In this document: positions 41,893 to 56,879 of the stretch, piece by piece
Position numbering within the stretch: the first letter of the stretch is position 1
Layout: each line of letters opens with the position of its first letter
Source: Eledone cirrhosa
Lineage: Eukaryota
Reading direction: 5' to 3'
Assembly: GCA_964016885.1 (NCBI GenBank)
Contig: OZ024742.1
Location: forward strand, 297,848,001 to 297,912,000
Length of the DNA: 64,000 bases
Made by a program: the position numbers and the translations under genes
The notes under the pieces: generated by a model
Database searches by the model: none
What the model was told of the DNA's origin: nothing
Seen by the model: only the letters and a program-made list of their open reading frames with translations

Positions 41893-43799
41893 CATGGTCA
41901 CACCATGGTCACTCGCATAGTTAACCATGTCGTACAGAATGGGGTTGTTCCGATGGACTGGCATAGCAGCATCATCGTTAACTGTTATAAGGGTAAAGGA
42001 GACGCCCTAGATAAGAGTAACTATAGAGGCATTAAATTAATCGACCAGGTCATGAAGGTCACGGAAAAAGTAATAGCGCAACTAATCAGAGAGAGAATTG
42101 ACCTAGATGAAATGCAGTTCGGGTTTGTGTCAGGCAAAAGTACCACAGACGCTCTTTTCATAGTACGACAACTACAGGAGAAGTTCCTAGCTAAAGGTAA
42201 ACCCCTCTACTTAGCTTTTGTCGACTTGGAGAAAGCCTTCGACAGAGTCCCCCGCTCCATTATCTGGTGGGCTCTTAGAAAACTAGGCGTTGACGAATGG
42301 CTTGTGAGGGCTATACAAGCCATGTATAAAGAAACAGTCAGCAAGGTTAGAATTAACAACGAATATAGTGAAGAGTTTAGCGTAAAAGTTGGCGTCCATC
42401 AGGGCTCTGTTCTCAGCCCCCTACTATTTATTATTGCCCTTCAGGCTATAACAGAGGAGTTCAAGACAGGCTGCCCATGGGAACTCCTATACGCAGACGA
42501 CCTGACACTCATAGCGGAATCAATGGCCGAGCTAGAGAAGAAATTCCAAATATGGAAGCACGGCCTAGAGTCAAAAGGACTTAAAATTAACCTGGCTAAG
42601 ACCAAAGTTCTAGTTTGTAGGAAAGAAAACAAGGCGGCGGTCCCTTCTGGGAAATGGTCGTGCTCGGTGTGTAGGAAAGGCGTAGGTAGAAACTCCATTT
42701 TATGTCCTAAATGCAAAGTATGGGTGCATAAAAGATGTAGTGGGATCACAGGTAAGCTAACTAAGAACATAGATTTTACATGTGGCCGGTGTTCTGGTGC
42801 AATAAGTAGCAGCAAGTGCCCACTAAATACTAGCTCTTTCAATTGCGCAGAGGGTTCTATAGAAATAGTGGACAGCTTCCGTTACCTGGGCGATAAAATC
42901 AGCAGTGGGGGAGGGTGCTCTGAAAGTACTGTAGCTAGAGTCAGAACTGGTTGGAAAAAGTTCAGAGAGCTTATACCACTATTAGCTGCTAAAGGGTTCT
43001 CCCTAAAAATGAAAGGCAGGTTGTACGATGCCTGCATACGAACACCAATGTTGCATGGCAGTGAGACCTGGGCATTGTGTGCAGAGGATATACGCAGACT
43101 AGAGAGGAACGAAGCTTGCATGCTCCGCTGGATGTGTAACAGTAATATACGTGAACGGCAAAGCATAAACGAACTAAGGAAAAAATTAGAGATAAGAGGG
43201 ATCAGATGTTGTTTACTCGAGAGAAGACACGTGATGCGCATGAAAGTCGATAGCTGTATAACAAAGTGCAGGGCAATAAAGATAGACGGTAGCCACGGAA
43301 TAGGCAGACCTAGAAAAACCTGGGACGAGCTGATAAACTCCGACCTCACACACTTACACCTCTCCAAGACAATGTCACTGGACCGAGACCTTTGGCGGTA
43401 CTCAGTAACAGAGGAGACCCGCCTTGCCAGTAGGCATCTCTAACAAAATACACCCCGTCCCGCCACCACCCCCACCCCATCCACACCACCCCGTTCTATG
43501 TAAAGCTATGTTGGTGCCGCGCCATCCAGGCCGAAACAAATGAGATCGTGTAGGTGTCACGACAAAAAAACACACAGTCCACGCTGTAATGTGGCCGTGT
43601 AGGCAACACGGTAAAAACCTCCCAGACCCACACTGTAAATGTGGTTGGTGTTAGGAAGGGCATCCAACTGTAGAAAACCTGCCAGACAGTCCTATGCGAG
43701 CAAGACAATCACTCTTGCCTCAAGTGGGACTACCCCCGCCCAAACCCATGCAAGCGTGGAACACGGACGTTAAACGTTGATGATGATGATGATGATGAT
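41893..43799 (+). mobile_element. 5'-truncated RTE LINE (512-aa ORF)
   Basis: RT motifs as at 20.5 kb; in-frame loss of LRWYG; 3' UTR with aggaagggcatcc motif; (GAT)n tail. Confidence 0.95.
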
Positions 43800-44596
<797 letters not shown>

Positions 44597-46716
44597 AACA
44601 AATCTAAGAGTAGAATCCCTAGAAATAGAAAAACGCTCATCAGAAAAATTAAGAGAACGAACAAAAAAATCAACAAGCTGAAATACTGTCAGCAGAAACA
44701 CATCAACTTGACTGCCATTTCATCACTAGAGATTAAAAAACATAACCTCCCAAACAACATAATGTCCCTCATCAACAATCAGAGAAGAGCTGAAGAGGCC
44801 TGGGTCATTGAGAAGATCAAACTCAATCCCAAAGTGTTCTTTTCATTTGCAAAAAAACACAAAATCACTGGCTCTACTGTTGGCCCTCTAATTGATGAAA
44901 ATGGCACTCTTCAAGACAATGCTAAAACCATGGGTGAGATACTGCAGAAACAATACTGCTCTGTTTTCAGCAATCCTGATATGGCCGATCTGGGCTGTAT
45001 CGGCGATGTTACTCCCCATTACACCTTATCGGACATAACGTTTGGCGCCCCTGATGTCTTGGCGGCAATAAAGGAAATCAAGCATAATTCAGCAGTAGGT
45101 CCCGATAGGTTCCCTGCTTGTGTCTTGAAGGCGTGTCAACACCAACTTGCATCTCCTCTTGCCAATCTGTGGCGGAACTCACTGGATGCTGGATATGTGC
45201 CAGAAAACCTTCTATCCCAGTCTGTTGTCCCAGTTTTCAAAAAGGGAAACAAATCCCTTGCCGTGAATTACCGTCCAATCTCACTCACCTCTCATATCAT
45301 TAAGGTATTTGAGAGAGTGGTGAGATCGCGAATGACCCACTTCCTTGAGAGTAACAATATGCTGAACTCCAACCAGCATGGATTCCGTAATGGAAGGGAT
45401 TGCCTGACGCAGCTACTGCATCACTTTGATGACATTTTGAGAGCCTTGGGAGAGGGTTCCAACACTGATGTTATCTACCTTGATTTCAGCAAGGCCTTTG
45501 ACAGGGTTGATCATAACATTCTACTGAGAAAGCTGTCCAATATTGGTGTCACTGGAAAGCTGCTGCAGTGGATCAAGAGCTTCCTGTCAAACAGAACCCA
45601 ACATGTTGTAGTTGAGGGAGTCAAATCAAGCCCAGCCAAAGTCAGTAGTGGGGTCCCACAAGGCACTGTGTTGGGCCCACTTCTCTTCATCATCTATATT
45701 AATGACATCACTGACATCATCAAACACAGCAACATTAAAATTTTCGCTGATGATTCCAAGCTCCAAAAGGTCATCAATAGCGTGGATGACCGGATAAGCC
45801 TTCAGTCAGACCTACTGGCTGTTACCCAATGGGCAGAAAAGAACAACATGTTACTGAACGAAGACAAATTCGAACTGATCCACTTTGGAAAAGAGGATGC
45901 TCTGAAACTCCCGTACTCCCTTCCCTCCGGGGAAACTCTCGTGGCATCTAACAACATCAGAGACTTGGGAGTAACCGTGGACAGCAACATAAGCTGGACC
46001 ACGCATATAAGCAGCAAAGTTGACATGGCCCGCAGAATGTGTTCCTGGATCCTCAGAACCTTCCAGTCGAGAGATTCCCGCACCATTATCCTTCTCTTCT
46101 CTACTTTTGCCCGACCACACCTTGAATACTGTTGTCCACTGTGGTCTCCCCACACGAAACAAAGTATCATGAAACTTGAAGCTCCTCAAAGGGCAATCAC
46201 GAAAAAGATAGATGGCATGTCAGACCTTGACTACTGGGGTCGATTAGAAAACGTGAAACTTTACTCACTCCAACGTCGCCGTGAGCGTTATATTATCTGC
46301 ATGATGTGGAAAATGTTCCATCATCACCGCCCAAATGATGTTGGCATCGCCTTCAAGATACACCCAAGGCTTGGGCCCCGTGCTATCCGTCCCATTCAAA
46401 AATCTAAATCGCAACTCATAACAACAATACGGCACAATTATTTCACCTCAATCGGCCCTGCTCTCTTCAACATCACACCAGGACACGTCAAAACAGAAAC
46501 TGACCACACAAAATTCAAGAAGTCTTTGGACAAATTCCTCCAGGTAATCCCGGACAAACCACCCACACCCGGATATGTCTCCGCAAACAGTAATTCTCTT
46601 CTCGAATGGGCCATGGAGCCCAAATCCTGAATTGAAAGACTTCGCCAGGTGGTGCTATTAAGTTAGACATGGCCTGGGCCAATACTGGCCAAAACATTTC
46701 AAAGTTATTCAAAGTT
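44597..46716 (+). mobile_element. 5'-truncated CR1-group LINE with uninterrupted RT ORF
   Basis: Frame open from ~44597 to 46630: [59 protein letters not shown]; short tandem tail ttcaaagtta x2, then (TA)n. Confidence 0.92.
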
Positions 46717-46828
46717 ATATATATATATATATATATATACAAACATATATATATATATATATACAAACATATATATATATATATATACAAACATATATAT
46801 ATACATACATATATACAAACATATATAT

Positions 46829-47005
<177 letters not shown>

Positions 47006-47148
47006 CATATATATATATATACATATATATACATATATATATATATACATATATATACATATATATATATACATATATATATACATATATATATATACAT
47101 ATATATATACATATATATATATACATATATATATACATATATATATAC

Positions 47149-47217
<69 letters not shown>

Positions 47218-47220
47218 CAT

Positions 47221-49418
47221 ATGGGAAAGTAAAAAATCGGAGAATAGACCGTTAAAACATGTTTATTTAAAACAGCACCTACGTACGTTTCGCCCAGTTG
47301 GGCTTCTCAAGGGCATAAATAATCACAAGTGTTCCTTATATTGCTCGGAAAGAGTTTTCGGGGTTAAATCCACATTGCTCGCAAAAATATCTTGTTTTGA
47401 TTTTGCAGCAGGTCAAGGGAGGTAACTGTGGCCGGTGTTAGGGCAGTCTTATCCCGGACAATTTTTTTTTTTTTTTTTTTAGCCGCATCCGTTAGTCTGA
47501 GGCTGGGTCTGGTATGCAAGGATTGTGTCCTGGGTGTTATTTTGCAGCGTCTGCCCGCTGGGGTGTTAAGACTTGTTGCAGGGAGATCAAGTGTACTGTT
47601 TCACTCTTCATCCTTAACCCATCTGAAGAAGGATATTTTTAAGCGATGTGTATAACTTATCGCTGTTTTAGCTCTGATGTTGATGAGCTCGTGGGGTGCA
47701 GTTATGATGTGGTAGAGCTCCATGAGGCAAAGATCGCATTTCCTCTTGAAGTTGTACGGTGCAGCCCTGCCGACAATCTCCCAGTGCGTGGAGAAGCTGA
47801 TGTTTAAGTCCTTTAGTGATGTGATGTAGTCCGCGAGCGAAGTGGAGTGCCTTAGTTTTCTATTTGTGAAAGAGTGGAGATGTGTTCGAAACCTAATTTT
47901 GAACGGACGGAGGGGCCCCTATATAATGTTTAACGCTATTGTGGCTAGTAATAGTGCATCTATATATAACCCTATCAGTCAAGCAGTATCCTCTAAGGGG
48001 GCAGCGTCCTCTGTCGCGGCAGTTGCAGTTTCTGTCGCGGTTCCGTCTATTTCCCACGGTAAAGCTATCATTGTTGCTGCCTACGTTGTTACCTACGCTA
48101 CCGCAGCTGTCGTTAGCACAATTACAACCCACAGCACGCGGTGTGGTGCGATTGTTATTCCGCACGTCATATTCTGCATGTTCCCCAGTCATTTCGCGGT
48201 TATTCTGCGGATGCCGTTGCCAACATTATTGGATGCTGCCAGGGAGTTGTTAAGACCGATATAGTTATTGTCAGGTGTAGGTGCGTCTGTGTCGAGGTGC
48301 TGTGTCTTGGTGATCTTACTGTGGTTCGTTGTTCCTATGATGTCTGCTCGGTTAGGAGTAGTAGAGAAGGATATTTTTATATTGTTCCTATTAAGAATTT
48401 TTCTATACCTATGGTTGGGCGGGAAGTTCTTCTCTAAGGCTTCGAAGAACATCCGGGGTATGTTGGAGGCCACACTCCGAGAGTAGGGGGGTGGAACCAT
48501 AGGACGTTACGGTGGCGATTACGTGTCCTTGTACTTTTGCTACGGGTGGTTCCATCTAAGTGACCGCTCTTATGTGTGTTAATGCGCAGTCGCCCGTTCG
48601 GTGCCCCTTTCACTTTATGCTCGGGTTCACTCTTTCTACCTCTTCCAGGTTTATGTACACGAAGATGTTGGTTAGAAGGCGTTGGTGGTAGGCCGTCGCC
48701 TTTGTTGGTTTTGTAATAGGGGAATAGTTTGAGTAATCTACAGTGTTCACCGTCGCCGGGGACGTGATCTTTGGTGCGGTTATCTATTCTATTATATCCG
48801 ACTTCAACGAGGTCGCCGCGTGATCGGTTATAGGTATGGCTTACTATAACGTTAGTTTTATGAGGGGGGGGTCTAGAGCTAGCGTTAGGGATGTAGGAAA
48901 TTCCTCGGTTAAAGCCGGCGCTTATCAGGGCCTTATTGTAGTAATCTGCCGCTTGGTTGAAGATATCCTCATTGGCGGATAGCCTCGAGGTTCTATGTGA
49001 GATACTATAGACTATGGAGTTGAGAGTCTGCTTAGGGTGGTTGGAGGCATAATTAATATAAGAGAGGCACTCTCCAGGCTTATGGTATGGCTTGTATAAG
49101 CCCGTACTCAACTCCAGGGTCACGTCCAGGAAGTTGACAACCCTGTGGTTGAGGTCCATAGTTACGGATAGGCCGTATGACTTAAAGAACCTGTGTAGGT
49201 GCTGTTTTAAATAAACATGTTTTAACGTCTATTCTCCGATTTTTTACTTTCCCACGTGCTTACGCTCTGGTAACTCTCTAGCCCACGAAATATTAACACT
49301 TCGAATATTTAATACTGCCGGCACTAGTATCGAGCACCTTTGGCATACGCTACTTGGCAAATAACTATATGTATCACCTATCCCCCTTTTTTTCCTCTTT
49401 CTCGATACGTAAATACTA
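47221..49418 (-). mobile_element. 5'-truncated PLE family 2 (RT C-terminal half + GIY-YIG, frameshifted) with inverted plus-strand pLTR arm at 49195-49418
   Basis: ORFs 48434-49159 (VNFLDV, SNHP, WFHPP), 48189-48500 and 47893-48192; HHR at 47276-47316. Confidence 0.9.
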
Positions 49419-49461
49419 TATATATATACATATATATACATATATATACATATATATATAC

Positions 49462-49492
<31 letters not shown>

Positions 49493-49573
49493 CATACATA
49501 TATATATATACATACATATATATACAAACATATATACATATATATATATACATATATATATATATACATATAC

Positions 49574-49619
<46 letters not shown>

Positions 49620-49765
49620 ATATATATATACTTATATATATATACATACATATATATATATATACATATATATATACATACATATATATATACATATATA
49701 TATACATATATATATATACACATATATACATATATATATATATACATATATATATATACATATAT

Positions 49766-52700
49766 ATGTACAACTTCGCAAACCCCCAAGCCACTAACAA
49801 ACGAAGAAGGAAGCACCACACCGAAGATGAACTGCCCAACCTCGCTACCATAAGAAGGAACAAAAACCATAGAAACCATCTCCCCCAGAATGACATTTAC
49901 AACTTTCCCCCTTCAAGGAGACACCATACCAAATCACTCAACTACTACGCGGATGCCTCATCCCCAAACATAGGGAAAAGATACCACCACCATGATAGAT
50001 GTAACAACTTCCCCGCTTCAAGGGGACAGCAAGGTAATTTCCATTTTCTCAACTCTCGCTTCCACAATACACAACAAACCCACACCACACGATACAACCA
50101 ACAACGTAGGCCACCGATAACACCACAATCCAACATGGCACATAGAAACACACACCCATACTCGCAGTACAGGAACACCCCATTCAATCTACAACCACCA
50201 ACCCGAACCACATTTTACAACAACAAGGAATATAACAAACACAGGAGACCACTTAACATCAGCAGACAACCCCTCTACCCCAACCATTTTTTAGACACAG
50301 CACACAGATACAGGCAAACAAAATAACACAAGACAGGGAGGAGAAACCGATAGTAATAAAAATCAATCTAACTAGTGCAGAACCAACACCCAACCTTATC
50401 AACTTACTCTCCAAAGGTCTTAAATTTACACCGACCCCACTACGTCCTAACTACTATGAAATGAGGAAGACATCACAGACTTCTGTAGAAAATTACGACT
50501 CAGTGAAGAACTATTCGACCAGTACAATGAGGATGAATCATTAGCCAGAAATAGAAGCAATTACACCCCATCAAAAGGTAGAAATAAAATCCTGGACGAA
50601 TTCTGTGAACACATCACAAACTTCCCTTACCAACACTTGCACAGACAAAAACACAAGCCAAACCTCAACAAGAAATAATGGGAAGAATTAAATTGATTAA
50701 AAACCGACAGAACCATTACAATTAAAGAGGCTGATAAAGGGAGTACAGTCGTCCTAATGGAGACACTTAGCGCTTTCCACTTTGGAAAACGAAACATACT
50801 ACGAAAAGGCTGAACACTACAATCAACAGAAAATTATGAGAAACCTAAAAACTCTGATCAACCAATACAAAGAAGGACTCACTAACAAGGAATTCAGCTT
50901 CATCACAGACTTCACAAGTAAATCCAGCCTTTTCTACGGTATCCCTAAAGTACATAAAAGCGAATTAATAAGTAAGGCATGCAAGGAAGCCACAGACATA
51001 GTCATCAATGTCCCCTCACCCAATGATCTCAAATTAAGACCTATAATAGCAGGTCCCGCTTGCGAAACCCACCGCCTTAGCAACTTCATTGATACCCTTC
51101 TCAAGCCTTTTCTCAAATACATCAAAAGCTATATAAGGGACGACCTAGATATGCTCAATCACCTCCCTAATATGCCACTTTCTGAACAAACCCTACTAGT
51201 GACGTTCGATGTAGTCAACCTATACTCCAACATCCCCCACAACCTAGGAATAGAAGCTATCCAATTCTGGCTGGATAATTACCACAATGAACTCCCACAA
51301 CGCATCAAAAAAGAATTCGTGATAGAGGGACTCAAATTTATCTTGGAGAACAATTATTTCGTTTTCAATAACAAACCCTACAGGCAGAAATCTGGGACCG
51401 CTATGGGAACGAAAACAGCCCCCACTTATGCCAACCTAGTCATGGGATACCTGGAAATCACCCTCTACACTAAAGTCCTAAACAAATTTGGAAACACTCT
51501 CCACTTACACATAGAAAGGAACTGGAAGCGATATCTAGATGACTGCTTCATCCTTTGGCACGAAAACATCGAGAAACTTAAAGAATTTCACACCCTTATA
51601 AATGGGCTCAACACGAATATTAACTTCACGATGGAATACAGCCATCAACAACTCCCCTTCCTCGACATCCTCATTAAGATCCATAACAAAAAAATAGAAA
51701 CAGACATATACTACAGACGCCAAGCAATATTTTCCTTTCAACTCTTGCCACCCTAGACACGTTAAAATTAATATTCCCTACAACTTAGCCAAGAGAATCT
51801 GTACTATAGTCTCCAATAAAAACACCTGCTACTTACGGCTACAAGAACTAAAGGACACACTCATAGGCAGGGACTACCCTGCATCACTAATTGACAATGG
51901 AATCCAACGTGCCCTAAAAATCAGTACCCAGGACCTTAGACACCCTAAAGTAAATCAACCGAAACTAAAAGCTCTTCCATACATCTCCACACACAAGCCC
52001 CTCAACAATGAGGCCTTTGACACCATCCTCCAGAACATCCCTGTGTTGAAAAAGGACCATAGAATGAATCAAATCCTACGAACACACGATATCATAAAGA
52101 GCAAAAGACAATCTAAGTCAATGAAAAACATCCTAACACATGCCAAAGTACTGCCAACCACAACAACGAAACCCACAGTAAAAAAATGCGATAGACCCAA
52201 CTGTGGCATTTGCATCAACCTAATAGAGGGTTCGGAATTCTATTTCAAAGAAGGACAACGTTTTATAGTAAAACACAATTTCACATGCGCATCAGAAAAT
52301 CTAATATATGTATTAACTTGCTCGGGTTGTCGAGAACAATACATGGGCCAGACCAAAAACAGTCTCCGCCAACGCATGACTGTCCATAGATCCCAAATTA
52401 AAATACGGGAATACAGGAAAATACCACTGAGTGAACACATTGATACCTGTGCCGCCCAAAATCATCCCAACTTCAGAATCTTTCCCCTCTATAAATTTAA
52501 AGATAATGCCACCCACACCCAGCGCATCAGCAAGGAATCTTACGTTATTAACAAATACGGACCCCGTCTAAATACTTCTCCCTAAGACGAACCCACGACA
52601 TACACACGTCAACATACATACCTACATCAGCATACATCTCTACCCACATATAAACACAATGACATACGTAAACACACATGTTCTATGGTGCAACACAAAT

Positions 52701-53189
52701 ATACACAAATTTGCATACCTTTTGATGTCTATACATATAAACGTGCCGACGCACACACATACATAAACGCACATATGCATTGCACACTGATGGGCACATA
52801 CATATTTGTACACAAGTATTCCAATACGGCAAGGCCTAATGAATTCCTCTTGCAGTACGTACAATCTGGACACACTCCAGATACATGTGTGCAATTTGTA
52901 CACAAGTATACAATTTGTGCACAGGTATACAATTTCTGGACACACTCCAGATACATATTTGTGCACGGGTATTCCAATACGGCAAGGCCTAATGGATTCC
53001 CCTTGTAGTACGTGCAATATGGACGCACTCACACACACCTAGGTATTATGCCAATACTATATATCATTTCACACCTTTTATTATTAAGGTTTTTGATGTT
53101 CTATTGAGAGAATCGATTTTACTGAAAATATCGAATAATGTACACCATTTTACCAAAAATAAATACTGGTCCACCCACACACACATTCT

Positions 53190-53222
<33 letters not shown>

Positions 53223-53920
53223 GCGTACATTAACATACAAAGAGACATATACACACACACACACATACTTCTCCGTATAAGACACGAGCTGAAAAATATC
53301 TTTTAACATGTTAAAATATCCCCCACACACTTACAGACACATTCCTACTGACCATCCCTCTACCACGAATTACTCTGCTACACACACACACACACACACA
53401 CACTTGTCGTAATAGGCATTTGAACTGTCAACAGGCTGCGGTTCGCACACACATCCCTGCTGACCATTATCACAACAACGAACCTCTTTACTACTACTAC
53501 TACACACACATATTTGTTTTGAAAGACTTATTTCTCAGTGACTTCTCAATCAGCCGACACAAACCTACATTTGGCGCAGAATCAATTTTTAACATTCACA
53601 TGACCTCTACCGACCAATCAAAATTATTTTGACCACAAGAATTTTTGCAACACGAATTGGCGCAAAACTTATTTTAATACCGCTGGAGCCACTTTTTTAA
53701 CATAAAAACAGGTAGAATTCCCAAAACTAATCAGATCGGAGTAAACATCACGGACGCTCTATCTCAAAATTATTTTTGAAAAGCATTAGAAATGCGTAAC
53801 CGGTAAACTTAAAACCAAAACTGAATACTAACCAATACTATTACTAATTCTCACTTATTCCTAATTAAACTATTTTTCACTGTGAACAATTTGTCAGCAT
53901 TTTCTTTTCCGTTTACCAAT
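49766..53920 (+). mobile_element. Neptune-like PLE, near full length, frameshifted
   Basis: LLSKGLKFTPTP, EADKG, FYGIPKVHK, RPIIAG, FDVVNLYSNIP, GTAMG, RYLDD, LPFLD; C..C..C then LIY..YMG GIY-YIG (52043-52585); long 3' UTR with an internal ~90-bp duplication (~52800-53020). Confidence 0.9.
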
Positions 53921-53934
53921 ACATATATATATAC

Positions 53935-53965
<31 letters not shown>

Positions 53966-53966
53966 C

Positions 53967-54000
<34 letters not shown>

Positions 54001-54002
<2 letters not shown>

Positions 54003-54669
54003 GAGAGACGTAAAATAAGAAAATTTAAAAAAAATTAAAAATTAACTTACTAAAATTTTCACTCCAACTAATTAGTTTCTGTAATGGGATAAAGATAGTT
54101 ACGTATGGTAGATATACTAAATTTTCTATATTTATCTCCAAATTATTTATTTGGTGAGCAAACCTGCCAACTCCACTACTAATTCATTGGTGTGGTAGTA
54201 GGCCTTTGTCATCTTACCAACCCACTCCTTCCGACTAGCCTCAGTGTCACGTGATTGATTCTTTAGAATCTGCCATTTGACCAGAGACAGCGAACTTTTT
54301 CAGTGCATGGAATCCAATCCCCGCTAGCTGTTCCATCCACCGAATTATTATTATTTTTATATGAGTCCCTAGTGTCCGCGCATTACCTGGAGACTTAGCT
54401 GAGAATAGACTCCCTGATGACGTAATGAATTCTCGATGGTTATATTACGTAACTATCTTTATCCCATTACAGAAACTAATTAGTTGGAGTGACAATTTTA
54501 GTAAGTAAGTTAATTTTTAATTTTTTAAAAATTTTCTTATTTTACGTCTCTCATATTATTGTTCTGCATCCTCCTGCATTGAACCACCTAGGTACTATGA
54601 CATAACCTATGTATTTGCTAGCATTAGTGTACATCTGTACGCATATGTTGGTAGATATACTAAATTTTC

Positions 54670-54674
<5 letters not shown>
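54001..54674 (+). mobile_element. Small ORF-less HHR element (543-bp unit with terminal redundancy) plus inverted 5' arm
   Basis: tggtagatatactaaattttctatat at 54106 and 54649; 54001-54105 is the reverse complement of ~54446-54554. Confidence 0.75.
54409..54490 (+). ncRNA. Type I hammerhead
   Basis: actcc-CTGATGA-cgtaatg..cattaca-GAAA-ctaattag-TT-ggagt. Confidence 0.8.
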
Positions 54675-54703
<29 letters not shown>

Positions 54704-54715
54704 CATATATATATA

Positions 54716-55050
54716 TACATGGCTTAGTGGTTAGAGCATTGGCCTTGCTATCGAAAGGTTGTGAGTTCAATTCTCAGACCGGGTGATGTGTTGTTTCCTT
54801 GAGCAAGACACTTTATTTCACATTGCTCCAGTTTACTCAGCTGTAGAAATGAGATGATAGGGACTGGGGTCCATATCATACCACTGCCAAGTGGTCGTGG
54901 AGGTGCCACGGCAAAAAAGCACCCAGCACTCACTGTAAATGAGGTTAGTGTTAGGAAGGGCATCCAGCTGTAGAAATCAAGCCAGCATCAGTTCCCGTCC
55001 CACCCTTGCAAGCAGGGAAAAAGTAGACGTAAAATGAAATGATGATGATA
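54716..55050 (+). mobile_element. tRNA-derived SINE family B
   Basis: Near-identical reverse complement of 39238-39575. Confidence 0.88.
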
Positions 55051-55081
55051 CATATACAAATATATATATACATATATATAT

Positions 55082-55119
<38 letters not shown>

Positions 55120-55245
55120 ATATGTATATATATATATACATATATATACATATATATATATACATACATATACATATATACATATATATAAATATACAAA
55201 TGTATATATACATATATATATACATACATATATATATACATACAT

Positions 55246-55278
<33 letters not shown>

Positions 55279-55309
55279 GATAGATATATTCATATATATA
55301 AATATATAT

Positions 55310-56745
55310 ATTGTTTATACTTGGGGAGGGTCATATTTGTGTAATAATATTGCCAGAATTAATAACAGAACACACTCACTGTTTGGTTGGTTCTGTTCAT
55401 ATTATTACAACAATATGACCCTCCCCAAGTATAACAATATTTGTTTCGACACACGATTTCATATCAAAAACCTCGCAAAACTAATTCATCGCCGTTATAT
55501 ATAAATCATCATCATCATCATCATCATTTTACGTCCGCTTTTCCCTGCTTGCAAGGGTGGGACGGGTCTTATTCAGCACAGCATCTCTCCACTCGTCACC
55601 TCCACCGTGAGCTTCAATGATCTGAGGTCTGTTCTCACCACCTCCAGCAATGTTTTTCGTGGTCTACCTCTACCACGTCTTCCTTCAACTGGCATTTCCT
55701 GGCACTTCTTCACCCATCGGTCAACCTCCATGCGCATCACATGTCCATACCACCTCAGTCTCCTCTCCCGTACACTACATTCTATCCCTCTCAGACACAG
55801 TTTCTCTCTCAACACATTTATGCTGGGTCGTTCACGCACATTTACACTGCACATCCAACGGAGCATGCTTGTCTAATTTCTCTCCAGCCGTCGCATATCC
55901 TCTGCAGTTGCTGCCCATGTCTCACTACCATGCAGCATCGCACTCCTCACACAGGCATCATACAACCGGTCTTTCGTATGCAGGGAGAAACCCTTCTTCG
56001 TCAACAGAACAAGCAGCTCCCTAAACTTCTTCCAACCCGTCCTTATTCTAGATACTATGGCCTCGGAACACCCCCCTCCCATGCTAATCTGATCTTCTAG
56101 GTACCGGAAGCTATCCACCACTTCTATAGCGCCCTCCTGCATTTGAAAAATGTGTCTATCAATGCGACTTCTACTGTCTAATTTCCCTGTACATCTACTG
56201 CATACATATTTCTCCCTACCTGTTAGTTTGCCTGCTATCCTGCTACATCTCTTGTGTACCCAGGATCTGCATTGTGTGCATTTTATAGAATTTGTGCCAG
56301 TGCCTTTTCTGCATATCGAACATGGCCATTTCCCTGACGGAATCAGAGTTTTGTCCTCTTTTCTATTCATCAACACTTTTGTCTTAGCTAGGTTCACTCT
56401 CAGTCCTCTTGCTTCTAACTGCTGTTTCCATAGCCAGAATTTATTCTCTAGCTCCTCTACTGATTCTGCTATAAGAACCAGATCGTCAGCATAGAGAAGT
56501 TCCCATGGACAGCCAGTCTTAAACTCCTCTGTTATGGCTTGGAGGACTATAATGAACAAGAGCGGGCTGAGGACCGAACCTTGATATATATACATATATA
56601 TATACATATATATTTGTTTTGCTAGGTTTTTGATATGAAATCATGTGTCGAAACAAATAGTTATACTTGGGGAGGGTCATATTGTTGTAATAATATTGCC
56701 AGAAATAATAACAGAACACACTCACTGTTCGGTTGGTTTCCGCTT
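55310..56745. repeat. Three alternately oriented partial copies of a pLTR-like repeat, split by an RTE
   Basis: atacttggggagggtcatatt.. at ~55315 (+), ~55400-55480 (-) and ~56613-56740 (+); contains gtc-GAAA-caaatattg-TT. Confidence 0.65.
55506..56584 (-). mobile_element. 5'-truncated RTE LINE, short-3'UTR subfamily
   Basis: ORFs 55873-56584 (QGSVLSP, YADD, Cys-rich insert) and 55573-55866 (RWYGHV); (GAT)n tail. Confidence 0.92.
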
Positions 56746-56879
56746 CTGTATCTTTTATATCTCCATAGTTAATTCATTCGGCCATCAATGTTTATTACTG
56801 ACTGACCAACGGTCAAAAATACAGATATAAATACATATATATATAGTCTAACAAAGTTATTTTGTTGCACATCTGCAAC

